Part shown: piece by piece, positions 1-8,944 of the stretch
Numbering within the stretch: position 1 is the stretch's first letter
How the letters are laid out: each line of letters starts with the position of its first letter
Assembly (NCBI RefSeq): GCF_002075285.3
Contig: NZ_CP021983.2
Coordinates: forward strand, 330,001 to 362,000
Direction: 5' to 3'
DNA: 32,000 nt
Source of the DNA: Halomicronema hongdechloris C2206
GTDB lineage: Bacteria; Cyanobacteriota; Cyanobacteriia; Phormidesmidales; Phormidesmidaceae
Position numbers and translations under genes: made by a program
Notes under the pieces: generated by a model
Told to the model about the DNA's origin: nothing
Databases searched by the model: none
What the model saw: only the letters and a program-made list of their open reading frames with translations

Positions 1-1
1 G

Positions 2-373
2 TCCTATGTGCAGCGCTCCTTGCTCACCATCCTGCGCATCTTTGTCACCTATCGGCCCCTACAATTTTTCACGATTCTGGGGGCGATTCCATTTTCGGCC
101 GGCTTTTTATTGGGCCTCCGTTGGCTCTATTTCTTTTTAATCGTGGGCTCGGATCGCACCCGCGTTCCCAGCTTGATCTTGACGGCCATTTTGATCTTGA
201 TTGGTGTCCAGCTCTGGGTCTTTGGCCTGGTGGCCGATCTGCTATCGGTGAACCGCAAGTTGTTGGAAGACATTCAGCTGCGGCTGCGCCGTAACGACAT
301 CGAAACGGAACGACAGCGACGGCTGTTGCAGCAGCAATCTTCGTCCCTGAAGGTAGGGCGTTCTGGTCGCTAG
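2..373 (+). CDS. C-terminal part of a family-2 (GtrB/DPM1-like) glycosyltransferase; 5' end lies outside the window
   Basis: The frame is open from base 2, so the GTG at 8 in the ORF track is internal. The tail has two hydrophobic helices (FFTILGAIPFSAGFLLGL, LILTAILILIGVQLWVFGLVADLL) followed by a basic coiled end. This resembles the C-terminal membrane anchor of polyprenol-phosphate GT2 enzymes. The catalytic domain is not visible, so the family call is tentative. Confidence 0.5.
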   Translation, partial: SYVQRSLLTILRIFVTYRPLQFFTILGAIPFSAGFLLGLRWLYFFLIVGSDRTRVPSLILTAILILIGVQLWVFGLVADLLSVNRKLLEDIQLRLRRNDIETERQRRLLQQQSSSLKVGRSGR

Positions 374-400
374 CGTTGGCGGTGTTGATTGGAGTGCTTC

Positions 401-1990
401 ATGCGAGATCTCTTTGCCCGGGAAGCCTTAGCTCACATTCCTAAGCTCCTCACCCTTCAGGACCGCAATCCCCACAGTCCTACCTATGGCTGCTTCGATC
501 GCAATTTCTGGCAGTACAAGATCATCGATTTTCCCAGTGGCATGGCCCAGGAGTTTGTCTGGCCCTTGGCCCTGGCCTATGACACGGACTTAGCGGGGAA
601 TGAGTTCTACCGGCAACCGCGGCTACGGGACTGGGTGGAGGCGGGGATCCGCTATGCGGCGTCTAGTGCCCATCGGGATGGCTCCTGTGATGATTATTTT
701 CCCTTTGAGCGAGCCAGCGGCGCGGCGGCCTTCTCGTTGCTGGCCTGTTTGCAGAGCTATCGGTTGCTGGATCTCGATGATCCCAAGTTGCTGCGGTTCT
801 TTGAGAAACGGGCTGACTGGCTAGCTCACCACCTGGAGAGCGGTCGCCTGACTAACCACCAGGCATTGATTGCGCTGTGTTTGGAGTTGGCGTCTCGGTT
901 GCTGGGCACCGATAAATGGGCGGCTGCCATTCAGAACCGGTTGGAGCTGGTGTTTTCCTGGCAAAATCCGGAGGGATGGTTTCAGGAGTATGAGGGCTGT
1001 GATCCGGGCTATCACACCCTGACGCTGGGCTGTTTGGCCTGGCTCTATGATCTACGGCCCAGCTCCCGCCTCAAGGATGCGATCGCAAAGGGGGTCAACC
1101 TCACCGCCTACTTTGTCCATCCCGATGGTTCCTACGGCGGCGAATATACCAGCCGCAACACCTACAATTTCTTCCCCCATGGCTTTGAGCGCATCGGCCG
1201 CTGGTTTCCGCCAGCCCTCAGTATCAACGACTGCATCCTGGAAGGGCTGGCCCAGGGGAAAGGAGCCTGCTATGCCGATGACCATATCGTGGGGCACCAC
1301 AGCTGGAGTTATCTACTGGCTTGGCGCGACTTCGTGGCCGAGCGACCGCCACTGAAGCCGCCCTCGATGGGGCGCCTATGGCTGCCCGAGGCCCGTATCT
1401 TGATCGACCAGCGGGCCGATACCCGTCTCTACCTGGCCCTGAATAAGGGGGGCGCCTTTAAGGTCTTTCGTGACGAGCGGCTACTGCTCTCCGATACTCA
1501 ATTTTCCCTGGTGGTGCGTCAGGGCCGCAAGGTGAAAAACGCCGTCGGCCATCTGGTGGGTCCCTATCGCTATCACCTGGGCGAGGACGAGGTCGTGGTG
1601 GAAGGGTCCCTGGGCTGGGCCAAGCAGAAGCAGATGACGCCGCTGAATCTGATCATCCTACGATTGGTGATGCTGACGGTGGGTCGCTTCTTCCCCAACC
1701 TGATTCGCAAGCTGCTGCAGACCCTGCTGATTACTGGCAAGACGCCAGCACCGTTTCGCTTTCGCCGCCAGTTGCGCTGGCAGCAGGGGCGCTGGCAACT
1801 GCGGGACGAACTGCGGGCTGATTCCTGGAGTCAGGTGATGGCCGTTGGCATCGGCCCCGACCAGACCTCTATCTATGTGGTCATGAGTCGCACCTTTCAA
1901 ACCGGACAGTTGCACCCCTGGCTGGATCTGACCCCCCAGGTACGGCAGTTGTCGCCTGGAGAGCCCCTGATCGTGGAGCGTACCCTATGA
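401..1990 (+). CDS. Conserved hypothetical protein, possibly an alpha/alpha-toroid repeat fold
   Basis: Long ORF with an ATG at 401 preceded by GGAG (391-394). The TTG at 389 in the track is less likely as the start. It has recurring DG/EG-aromatic motifs (HRDGSCDDYFP, WQNPEGWFQEY, FVHPDGSYGGEY) reminiscent of QW-type repeats. Its stop overlaps the next gene's start (ATGA at 1987-1990). Function is unknown. Confidence 0.65.
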   Translation: MRDLFAREALAHIPKLLTLQDRNPHSPTYGCFDRNFWQYKIIDFPSGMAQEFVWPLALAYDTDLAGNEFYRQPRLRDWVEAGIRYAASSAHRDGSCDDYFPFERASGAAAFSLLACLQSYRLLDLDDPKLLRFFEKRADWLAHHLESGRLTNHQALIALCLELASRLLGTDKWAAAIQNRLELVFSWQNPEGWFQEYEGCDPGYHTLTLGCLAWLYDLRPSSRLKDAIAKGVNLTAYFVHPDGSYGGEYTSRNTYNFFPHGFERIGRWFPPALSINDCILEGLAQGKGACYADDHIVGHHSWSYLLAWRDFVAERPPLKPPSMGRLWLPEARILIDQRADTRLYLALNKGGAFKVFRDERLLLSDTQFSLVVRQGRKVKNAVGHLVGPYRYHLGEDEVVVEGSLGWAKQKQMTPLNLIILRLVMLTVGRFFPNLIRKLLQTLLITGKTPAPFRFRRQLRWQQGRWQLRDELRADSWSQVMAVGIGPDQTSIYVVMSRTFQTGQLHPWLDLTPQVRQLSPGEPLIVERTL

Positions 1991-2964
1991 AACGATTCGT
2001 CTCGATTCTGGTCAGCCTTGGCATCCTGGCCCTGCTCTATCGCCGCATCGACCTGGCGGGGCTATTGCAGGTGTTTCAGACCTGCGATCGCACCTGGATG
2101 GCCATCAGCCTGGCCATGGTGATCCCCATCACCGGGGTCACCGCCTGGCGGCTGCAACAGTTGATGCCGCCCAAGGCGGCCCTGGGCGTGGGGGAGGCCA
2201 ATCGCCTGATCCTGGCCGCCAGCACCCTGAATATGGTATTGCCCTCCAAGATGGGGGATATCATCAAGGCCTACTTCATGCGGGATCGGGGCCATCTCAG
2301 CGGCTCCCTGTCCCTGTCTATCGTGGTGTTCGAGAAGACCTGCGATATGCTCTCGCTGCTGCTGTGGTGCGCCTTTGGCCTGCTGCTGTATCCCTACAAG
2401 GATGCCTGGTTTGTGCTCATGACTGCCGGCATCATCGGCGGCTTGGCCCTGGGGCTGCTGTTGTTGGGCTCTAAGGGCTTCGCCAAGCTGTTTTTCGGTA
2501 CGGCTCGCCGCCTGGCACCGGGCAAAGTGGCCGAGAAAGTGCACCGCCTGCAGGCCTCCTGGGGCGAGATGCATGATTACATCTGGTGCGATCGCACCCA
2601 GCTGCTCAGAGTCAGCTTCACCTCCGTCTTCATCTGGTTCCTGCATCTGCTGCAGATCTGGTTCTTCATCCTGGCCCTGAAAGCCTGGACCCCATTCCTC
2701 ACTAACTTGGCCCTCTCCCCCCTGGCGATTCTGGCCGGGCTGCTGCCCCTCACCTTTGCCGGGGTCGGCACCCGCGACGCCGCCCTAGTCTTTCTCTACA
2801 GTTCCTACTTCGACGAGGCCACCGGGGCGGCCCTGGGGCTGTTGTGCACTTCTCGCTACTTTCTACCTGCCATCGGCGGCCTGCCCTTCCTGAGCCAATA
2901 TATGACTGCGGTCAACGCTTTCCGCAAGGGACCCCCTCGCCTCAACCTGGGCCAGCGCCGCTGA
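1987..2964 (+). CDS. Flippase-like / lysylphosphatidylglycerol-synthase TM-region family (UPF0104) membrane protein
   Basis: 325-aa polytopic membrane protein. Its N-terminus (MKRFVSILVSLGILALLYRRIDLAGLL) and the motif LPSKMGDIIKAYF are typical of the family. It is translationally coupled to the upstream ORF. Confidence 0.65.
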   Translation: MKRFVSILVSLGILALLYRRIDLAGLLQVFQTCDRTWMAISLAMVIPITGVTAWRLQQLMPPKAALGVGEANRLILAASTLNMVLPSKMGDIIKAYFMRDRGHLSGSLSLSIVVFEKTCDMLSLLLWCAFGLLLYPYKDAWFVLMTAGIIGGLALGLLLLGSKGFAKLFFGTARRLAPGKVAEKVHRLQASWGEMHDYIWCDRTQLLRVSFTSVFIWFLHLLQIWFFILALKAWTPFLTNLALSPLAILAGLLPLTFAGVGTRDAALVFLYSSYFDEATGAALGLLCTSRYFLPAIGGLPFLSQYMTAVNAFRKGPPRLNLGQRR

Positions 2965-3051
2965 TGATGAAAGCTAGTCCAAAGGCCGCCCAGTAATAGG
3001 GCCGACTACTTTAGCTACCCACAATCAAATTGTGTCAGTTAACCAGCCTAA

Positions 3052-3711
3052 CTACTCTTCCAACTCGCTGGGGTCGATGCCGAGTTGCCGCAATTTTTCC
3101 ATAGCCCGATTTAACTTGCGCTGGGTCTGGTTACGCTCTTGGTATAGCTCCTCAGGGTCTTTAAATCGCTCTCCATGGGGATAGAACAACGCCAGTCCAT
3201 CCTCAAACATGTCAAATTTCACACCTAGGGTCGGGGAGGTCCAGGGCAGGTTGAGGCAAGTTAGCAGTACAGGCCGATCATCTGGAGCCTGTCGCGTTAG
3301 TCCCCAAAACTCGAGATTATCGGGATCATAGAAGACCATTTCCAGCACCCCATACCGGTCGTAAAACGCTTGCTTCTGAGAAATTTCAGTGGCCGTATTA
3401 CTGGGAGAGATGATCTCAAAGACCACCTGGGGCGGAATGTTGTCCTCTTCCCACTGCTTGTAGCTACCACGATCGCCATCTGGCCGACCCAGCACCACCA
3501 TGGCATCGGGGGCCTGGGAGGGAACGGGGGGAGCCTCCACCTGAACCGGATACCAGAGCAGATCCCCTGCGACAAAAGCCGTTTGGTCTTGCAAGAGGTT
3601 GCTCAGATTGCTGACCAAACGCACGATCCAACGGTACTGCTTCGTGTTATCAGCCATAGGCTGACCATCGGAGTCGGGGTAGAGATCCGTGGTTACCGTT
3701 GCTTGGGTCAT
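3052..3711 (-). CDS. Uma2-family (DUF820) putative restriction-type endonuclease
   Basis: 219 aa with the family pattern YPDSDGQPMADNT ... VAGDLLWYP ... PDAMVV ... PPQVVFEIISPSNT ... K...Y...GV.E. Confidence 0.8.
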   Translation of the reverse strand: MTQATVTTDLYPDSDGQPMADNTKQYRWIVRLVSNLSNLLQDQTAFVAGDLLWYPVQVEAPPVPSQAPDAMVVLGRPDGDRGSYKQWEEDNIPPQVVFEIISPSNTATEISQKQAFYDRYGVLEMVFYDPDNLEFWGLTRQAPDDRPVLLTCLNLPWTSPTLGVKFDMFEDGLALFYPHGERFKDPEELYQERNQTQRKLNRAMEKLRQLGIDPSELEE

Positions 3712-4019
3712 GGTCGGATGGCCCCATCATCATACTGCTGGCTAATGCTGGCCCTCATGGGTAACCCCTATTTTGGCAGCCTATCTCAATTCTGGCATTG
3801 AAGTCATAGGATAGGATTCTCTAGGCCGATGCTTGGAGCTGATTTTTGGGGAATCCGACATGTGGCCAGTCAAACATGGACAGCGTCACGCCACTGAAAT
3901 CGAACGGTGGATATACGCCAATCTGCTGGCTAAACTCTTTGAACGGGTTGGACAGAGCCTGTATAAGTTCAGGGTAGTCAGATATAGGGGATAGTAGACC
4001 CTACTGAGACATTGAGTTT

Positions 4020-6215
4020 ATGCGACCCCTATTCTCTGGCCTCCTGTTAACTGGATTGACCCTGTCAGCCCTATCGATGCTGCCCCCGCGGGCTCCTGGG
4101 GGAGATTTGACCGGCTCTGTTTCTGTGGCTCCGGCCCAGGCTCAGACCCGCGAAGATGAGCTTTACTATACCTTCTATGGTCAGCGCGTCCCCCTCACCT
4201 TGCGGCAAGATCAGATCGCCGTGGCTCTGAAATCTCAACCCAGTGGGGCCCGGGGAGGACCTTCGCCCTTTCAACAGCTGCAGCACAACTTGCTGGGTCG
4301 GCCTGCCGGGGGGCGTGCCGGTCGTGGCGGTGAGGCGGGGCCAGCCCTAGAGGTAACCCTGCGGCCCTTGGGAAATCGCTACGCGGTGATCGAACTGCCT
4401 GAGGTGTCTGCCGAGTTGAGGGCAGCGGTGCAGCAGCGGTTGCAACGGCCCTATGTGGAAGCTACCCTGCCGGTGCTCAGCCGCAGCGGCGAGGAGGACA
4501 CAATCATTCTGCCCAATGAAATTGTGGTCAGTTTCGAGCCCGATGCCCCTGCCAGCCAGGTGCAGCTGACCCTGAGTCGTTATGGCCTGGAAGAGGTGCG
4601 GCCCTTGCGCTTTAGCCAAAACCGCTATCTGGTCAGCCGTCGCGATGGGGCTGGGCTACAGGTGCTGAACGTAGCCAATCAACTGAATGGAGTAGCGGGG
4701 ATTCAGTCGGCTACCCCCAATTTTGTGCAGACGCTGCCCTACCGAGCCGTGCCCCAGAGTCTGGAGCAGCTTGCGATCGCATCTTCCCGGCCCAACCCCC
4801 CCTTAGATAATCTCTTGGCCCGGCTATCTGGCCCTCGGGACTGGCCCGTAGCCACCGATTTATTCCCCCTGCACTGGCACCTCGACAGCACCGCCTTTCG
4901 CGGCACCCGCCAACCCCGCACTGACATTCGGGTGACTGAGGCCTGGTCCCAAGGCAGCCAAGGAGAGGGCGTCGTCGTCGCCGTCATCGACAGCCTGATC
5001 CAGTGGGACCATCCTGATCTGGCCGATAACCTCTATGCCATTGCCGAAGACCAAGCCGGTCGTCTGCCCGGCGAAGTCCATGGCTGGGATTTCTCGAACC
5101 GGGACACCACCTGCCAGGCCGACCGTTGCGCTGTCGGTGACCCCGACACTCGCATCAGTGATGCCGAGTTAGACTTGGTGCGCACCGACTTTCAAAATAC
5201 CTTTACCCTCTCCGATGGCGAGCTGCTACAAACTTACCGGGGATTGGCCAATCGCATTGCTAATGCCCGTCCAAAGTGGTCACAGCGGCAGATTGCCAAT
5301 GTCATCCGTGGCTACATTCAGGGAGACATTATGGCCGAATTCCACGGCACCTGGTCTAGCGGGGTAGTGGCGGCCAACCCCGGTAGTGCTCGCGGTGCTG
5401 TCGGCGTGGCTCCAGAGGCCGAGATCTTGCCGGTACGGGTGTTTGGCCTCGGTGGCGAAATCACCGTGGCTGCCCTGGTGGAAGCCATTGGCTATGCTGC
5501 TGAGCGGGGGGTCGATGTGATCAACCTGAGCCTAGGGGGATTGCTACCGGATCGGGAGCTGACCGACCAGATTATGGCCGTGTTGGATGCCCACCCTGAC
5601 CTAGTGATTGTGGCCTCAGCTGGTAATGACAGCCTGGATGGTGTCGGGTTCCCGGCGGCGATTCCAGCGGTGATTTCCGTGGGGGCCACCACCCTCGAGG
5701 GCGAGCGTACCGTCTATAGCAGTTACGGAGGCGGCCTGGATGTGGTTGCTCCTGGCGGTGACATTAGCCAGGTGCCCATGTATGGCATTCTCACCACTGG
5801 CGGCACCTGGGTGCCTGGCTTCTGGCAAGGGATCGAGCAGCCTATCCACCCTTGGAGTTTAGGGTTGGATCCCTTGGGGCATTACGTACAGGTGCAGGGC
5901 ACCTCCTTCTCGGCTCCTGCCACTACTGGGACGGTAGCGCTGATGCTGGCAGCCAATGGCGATCTGACCCGAGCCCAGGTCAGCCAGATTTTACAGACCA
6001 CTGCCGATTACGAGGGATTGGCCCTGACCCAGTCAGAGATGAATCAGTATCGCCTGCAGGCAGCGGTGGGCCTAGGTACGGTGGTGGAGAACCAGGTGTT
6101 GCGACCCACGGGCATTTTTAGCTTTCCGGAGCCGATTTCCCCGGAGCAGTATTACTTCGGTGGGGGACTAGTGAATGCCGCCGCCGCTGTGGAGCAAGCC
6201 CGGAAACTACGCTGA
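4020..6215 (+). CDS. Secreted S8 (subtilisin-family) serine peptidase
   Basis: It has an N-terminal signal-like segment (MRPLFSGLLLTGLTLSALSML). The catalytic triad motifs are VVVAVIDSLI (Asp), EFHGTWSSGVVAA (His) and GTSFSAPATTGTVALM (Ser). Confidence 0.9.
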   Translation: MRPLFSGLLLTGLTLSALSMLPPRAPGGDLTGSVSVAPAQAQTREDELYYTFYGQRVPLTLRQDQIAVALKSQPSGARGGPSPFQQLQHNLLGRPAGGRAGRGGEAGPALEVTLRPLGNRYAVIELPEVSAELRAAVQQRLQRPYVEATLPVLSRSGEEDTIILPNEIVVSFEPDAPASQVQLTLSRYGLEEVRPLRFSQNRYLVSRRDGAGLQVLNVANQLNGVAGIQSATPNFVQTLPYRAVPQSLEQLAIASSRPNPPLDNLLARLSGPRDWPVATDLFPLHWHLDSTAFRGTRQPRTDIRVTEAWSQGSQGEGVVVAVIDSLIQWDHPDLADNLYAIAEDQAGRLPGEVHGWDFSNRDTTCQADRCAVGDPDTRISDAELDLVRTDFQNTFTLSDGELLQTYRGLANRIANARPKWSQRQIANVIRGYIQGDIMAEFHGTWSSGVVAANPGSARGAVGVAPEAEILPVRVFGLGGEITVAALVEAIGYAAERGVDVINLSLGGLLPDRELTDQIMAVLDAHPDLVIVASAGNDSLDGVGFPAAIPAVISVGATTLEGERTVYSSYGGGLDVVAPGGDISQVPMYGILTTGGTWVPGFWQGIEQPIHPWSLGLDPLGHYVQVQGTSFSAPATTGTVALMLAANGDLTRAQVSQILQTTADYEGLALTQSEMNQYRLQAAVGLGTVVENQVLRPTGIFSFPEPISPEQYYFGGGLVNAAAAVEQARKLR

Positions 6216-6468
6216 GTGGGCAGATAAAGTGACCATGGCCGCAGCCTCGGCGATGGATGATGCCTAGTCTGCGGCGATGAACGCCCAGGGCGATGGGGGC
6301 AATGGCGGGTAGGTGCTCAGTTGCGATCGCATGCCCCCCAGTCAGATCAACCCATACTCCCAGCCATCGACAGGATGACCGGCTCCTGCAACACCATCGC
6401 TCTCCAAGCATCGCCAACAGACAGGGGAATCAAATTGGTTATCGTGGGCGCCCTGGGCAATTTATCGA

Positions 6469-7950
6469 TTATTGTGAAATTGGCACAAAATCGTAGCCAG
6501 TGCCAGAACGCGATGGATTAGCCGGCTGCACCTCAACCAGCTGCAAACCCCCTCTGCGGTCACCGGCAGGAGTAAAGCGGATCGGCCCTTGCACCCCCTC
6601 AGCCTCAAAGGTGTCACTGGCCAAGGCTTGCTGAATACCGGTGCGGGAAGGGGCTTGAGCAATCGCCTCAATCAAAGCTTGGGACGCATCATAGGCCATT
6701 GCCGTGGCCCAATTGACATCGGCTCCCCAAAGTTGTCGGGACGCCTGGACAAAGGGGGCATTGGGATCGCCCTGAATATGCCACGGGATCGGCAGCACCA
6801 TACCAACCGCATTTTGCCCACTCACTTCTAACGTCTTGAGACCATATAGATTGCCGATATCCCCCACCAACTGCAACCGACGCTGATTGACGGTGACCAG
6901 CTGTAAGGCCCGATCGACAGTATCGGGCGAGGGGATTAAGGTCAACGCGCCAGCAGCTTGATCTAGGGCATCCTGAATCAAGCGCTGGGGTCTAAAGCCA
7001 GAGGTACTCAAATCCCATTCCCCCACCACTTGCCCACCTCGAGCAGAAACCGCCGACACAAACTCGGTTTTCAGAGACTGGCTGTATTGACTGGTGGGAT
7101 CGTGGGCAACAATCATATTCCTAATAGATGCTTGGCTCAGCAGATAATCAGCCATTGTTCTACCGACAATGGCATTATTGGGAATAATGCGAAAGACATA
7201 ATCGCTAATCCCTGAAATGTCAGGGCTGGTGCTGACTGGACTAATTAATACCAGCTGATTGTCTGCATAAATTGGTGCCACTGCCAGAGTAACTTGACTG
7301 CTCCAGTGTCCCATTACCGCCAATATGTCTGAATTAGTAGCCAATTCGGAGATCACTTGGCGGGCAATATTGGGATCATCATTATCATCCGCGACAATCA
7401 GCTTCAAAGGTTCACCATTAATCCCTCCCCTTTGATTGACTTCATGCTGAGCCTGGGCAAAGCCTCGCAGCATTTCGAGGGAAAAGGGAGCCGTATTGAC
7501 GTCAACAGGCACTAAAACAGCCACCTGATGAGCGGAGCCATCGCCAATCTCGGCATTATTCAGATAGATAAGCGTTTCAGGATCATTGCGATAGAGCTGT
7601 CTTGCCGATCTAAAAGCCTGCGCTGCCTGCTCAAACTCGCCATTGGCTAATGCTCGTACCCCCTGCTGTTTGGCGGAACCAAAGGCAGGATTTTCGATGC
7701 CCAACGCGTCGGTAGAAATGAGAATATGCTCACCAGCGCTAATCCGTGATTCTTCGGTAACCGCTGGGTCAGGAGTAGACCCTGAACTGGTAATAGACTC
7801 TGTGTCAGTCTCTCCTTGCCGATTAAAGAACCAATACCCACCCCCAACGATAGCTAAACCAATCAGAATATAAACAATGGGAGGGGGACCCTTTGAACGC
7901 CGAACCATAAATAAAAATTGTAATACTCTAAATCCTGCCTTAGCTGGCAA
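6469..7950 (-). CDS. Type-1 periplasmic binding fold (LivK-like) ABC substrate-binding protein with an N-terminal membrane anchor
   Basis: It has a TM anchor (PPIVYILIGLAIVGGGYWFF) and a short TPR-like segment. The body is Leu/Ile/Val-binding-type (VAVLVPV..., GINGEPLKLIVADDNDDP, ILAVMGHWSSQVTLAVAPIYADNQLVLISPVSTS). No cognate permease or ATPase is adjacent. The start may instead be the internal ATG at 7908. Confidence 0.7.
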   Translation of the reverse strand: MPAKAGFRVLQFLFMVRRSKGPPPIVYILIGLAIVGGGYWFFNRQGETDTESITSSGSTPDPAVTEESRISAGEHILISTDALGIENPAFGSAKQQGVRALANGEFEQAAQAFRSARQLYRNDPETLIYLNNAEIGDGSAHQVAVLVPVDVNTAPFSLEMLRGFAQAQHEVNQRGGINGEPLKLIVADDNDDPNIARQVISELATNSDILAVMGHWSSQVTLAVAPIYADNQLVLISPVSTSPDISGISDYVFRIIPNNAIVGRTMADYLLSQASIRNMIVAHDPTSQYSQSLKTEFVSAVSARGGQVVGEWDLSTSGFRPQRLIQDALDQAAGALTLIPSPDTVDRALQLVTVNQRRLQLVGDIGNLYGLKTLEVSGQNAVGMVLPIPWHIQGDPNAPFVQASRQLWGADVNWATAMAYDASQALIEAIAQAPSRTGIQQALASDTFEAEGVQGPIRFTPAGDRRGGLQLVEVQPANPSRSGTGYDFVPISQ

Positions 7951-8057
7951 TGATCATATGGCCGTTTGGTTGATCATGCAAATGCTTATCAGCTTGATAA
8001 GATCATAAGTCAGTGGTATTGCCAGCAAAATATAGTTGTTTTCCTGGAGTATAGCCA

Positions 8058-8080
8058 CTGCAACAGAAACGTTGTTGCAG
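8058..8080 (-). terminator. Hairpin immediately after the stop codon of the PspA-like gene
   Basis: CTGCAACA (8058-8065) pairs with TGTTGCAG (8073-8080) around a 7-nt loop. It abuts the stop codon at 8081-8083. There is no clear U-tract on the minus strand, so this is weak. Confidence 0.3.
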
Positions 8081-8848
8081 TTATTGACTCGAAGATTCGG
8101 GATCGATAAATGGCTTGTCATTCATGGCATTGGTCCTCTGCGGCGACTCAGTTAGCTCAGAATTTCGAAGTTTTTTTAACCGTTTTTCAACCTGATCATT
8201 CAATGTCATTTTTTCAATGTCAGCTTGCAACTGGTCCTGGGGATCCTCTGACAGCTCGGCATACGCCTCTTCATAAAATGACCGATCTTCAACGACCGCT
8301 TTGGCCGCTTCAAACTGTGATTGCGATGACTGGATGTTGAGACTGTCATTGGTCTCTGCTACCAGTCGCAACGCTTCATTGATTTCAGCCATATCCTTCA
8401 TATGCTGGAATTCAAATTTATAGGCCTCCAGCCGCATGCGTTCGCGATCGAGTTTTTCTTTAGACTGGTTGACTAATGCTTCAACTTGCCGCACTCGTTG
8501 CTCTAGCTGGGGTAGGAATCGCTCGATTTGTAAGGCACGGGTCATGGCCAGACGGGCTGCTTCTATATTACCTAACTGCTGCGCCAGAACGGCTTCATGC
8601 TCAGCATCTTGCAGTTCTTTGACTTTGATTTCGTATTTTTTCTTGGCCCGCTCGTAACTAGCTGCTTGGGTAGATACAGCCTGTGAGAGCTGCTGAACAG
8701 ACGTCTGCATGGAGCGTAGAGATTCTTCGGCCGCATTAACAGCACCTTGACTATCCGCTTCTATTGGTCTGCCCCACAACCAGTTCCAGCTAATGACTAC
8801 GACTCGACCCGCTCGCTCTCCCATCAGCCAGTAGACAAATTTCTTCAT
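8081..8848 (-). CDS. PspA/IM30-like coiled-coil protein
   Basis: 255 aa, almost entirely heptad-like helix. The segment ELQDAEHEAVLAQQLGNIEAARLAMTRALQ resembles the conserved PspA/IM30 helix (E.A..AL..G.EDLAR.AL). The N-terminus is atypically hydrophobic. Confidence 0.45.
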   Translation of the reverse strand: MKKFVYWLMGERAGRVVVISWNWLWGRPIEADSQGAVNAAEESLRSMQTSVQQLSQAVSTQAASYERAKKKYEIKVKELQDAEHEAVLAQQLGNIEAARLAMTRALQIERFLPQLEQRVRQVEALVNQSKEKLDRERMRLEAYKFEFQHMKDMAEINEALRLVAETNDSLNIQSSQSQFEAAKAVVEDRSFYEEAYAELSEDPQDQLQADIEKMTLNDQVEKRLKKLRNSELTESPQRTNAMNDKPFIDPESSSQ

Positions 8849-8944
8849 GGAGTTGCTCCTTATATTGTTTAAGTCGCTGAAGTTGTCGGCTGTTATTGTC
8901 TACTGTCGAGTTCCAGGTCAGAAGCTAACCAGCCTCACCCCAGG

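Noticed and set aside
2062-2646. 194-aa minus-strand ORF inside the flippase-like gene
   Set aside because: It is the antisense frame of a membrane-protein gene. Its Gly/Gln/Ala/His-rich product has no motifs.
3860-4000. Unlisted 46-aa ORF (MWPVKHGQRHATEIERWIYANLLAKLFERVGQSLYKFRVVRYRG) upstream of the peptidase gene
   Set aside because: It has no SD and no recognisable motif, and it lies in a divergent promoter region. That is insufficient support for a gene.
6216-6468. Short ORFs (6118..6417 minus, 6293..6496 plus, 6321..6521 plus) in the convergent spacer after the S8 peptidase
   Set aside because: They overlap one another in three frames and have no SD or motifs. Their Arg/Cys/His-rich products are implausible. 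I treat the interval as non-coding.
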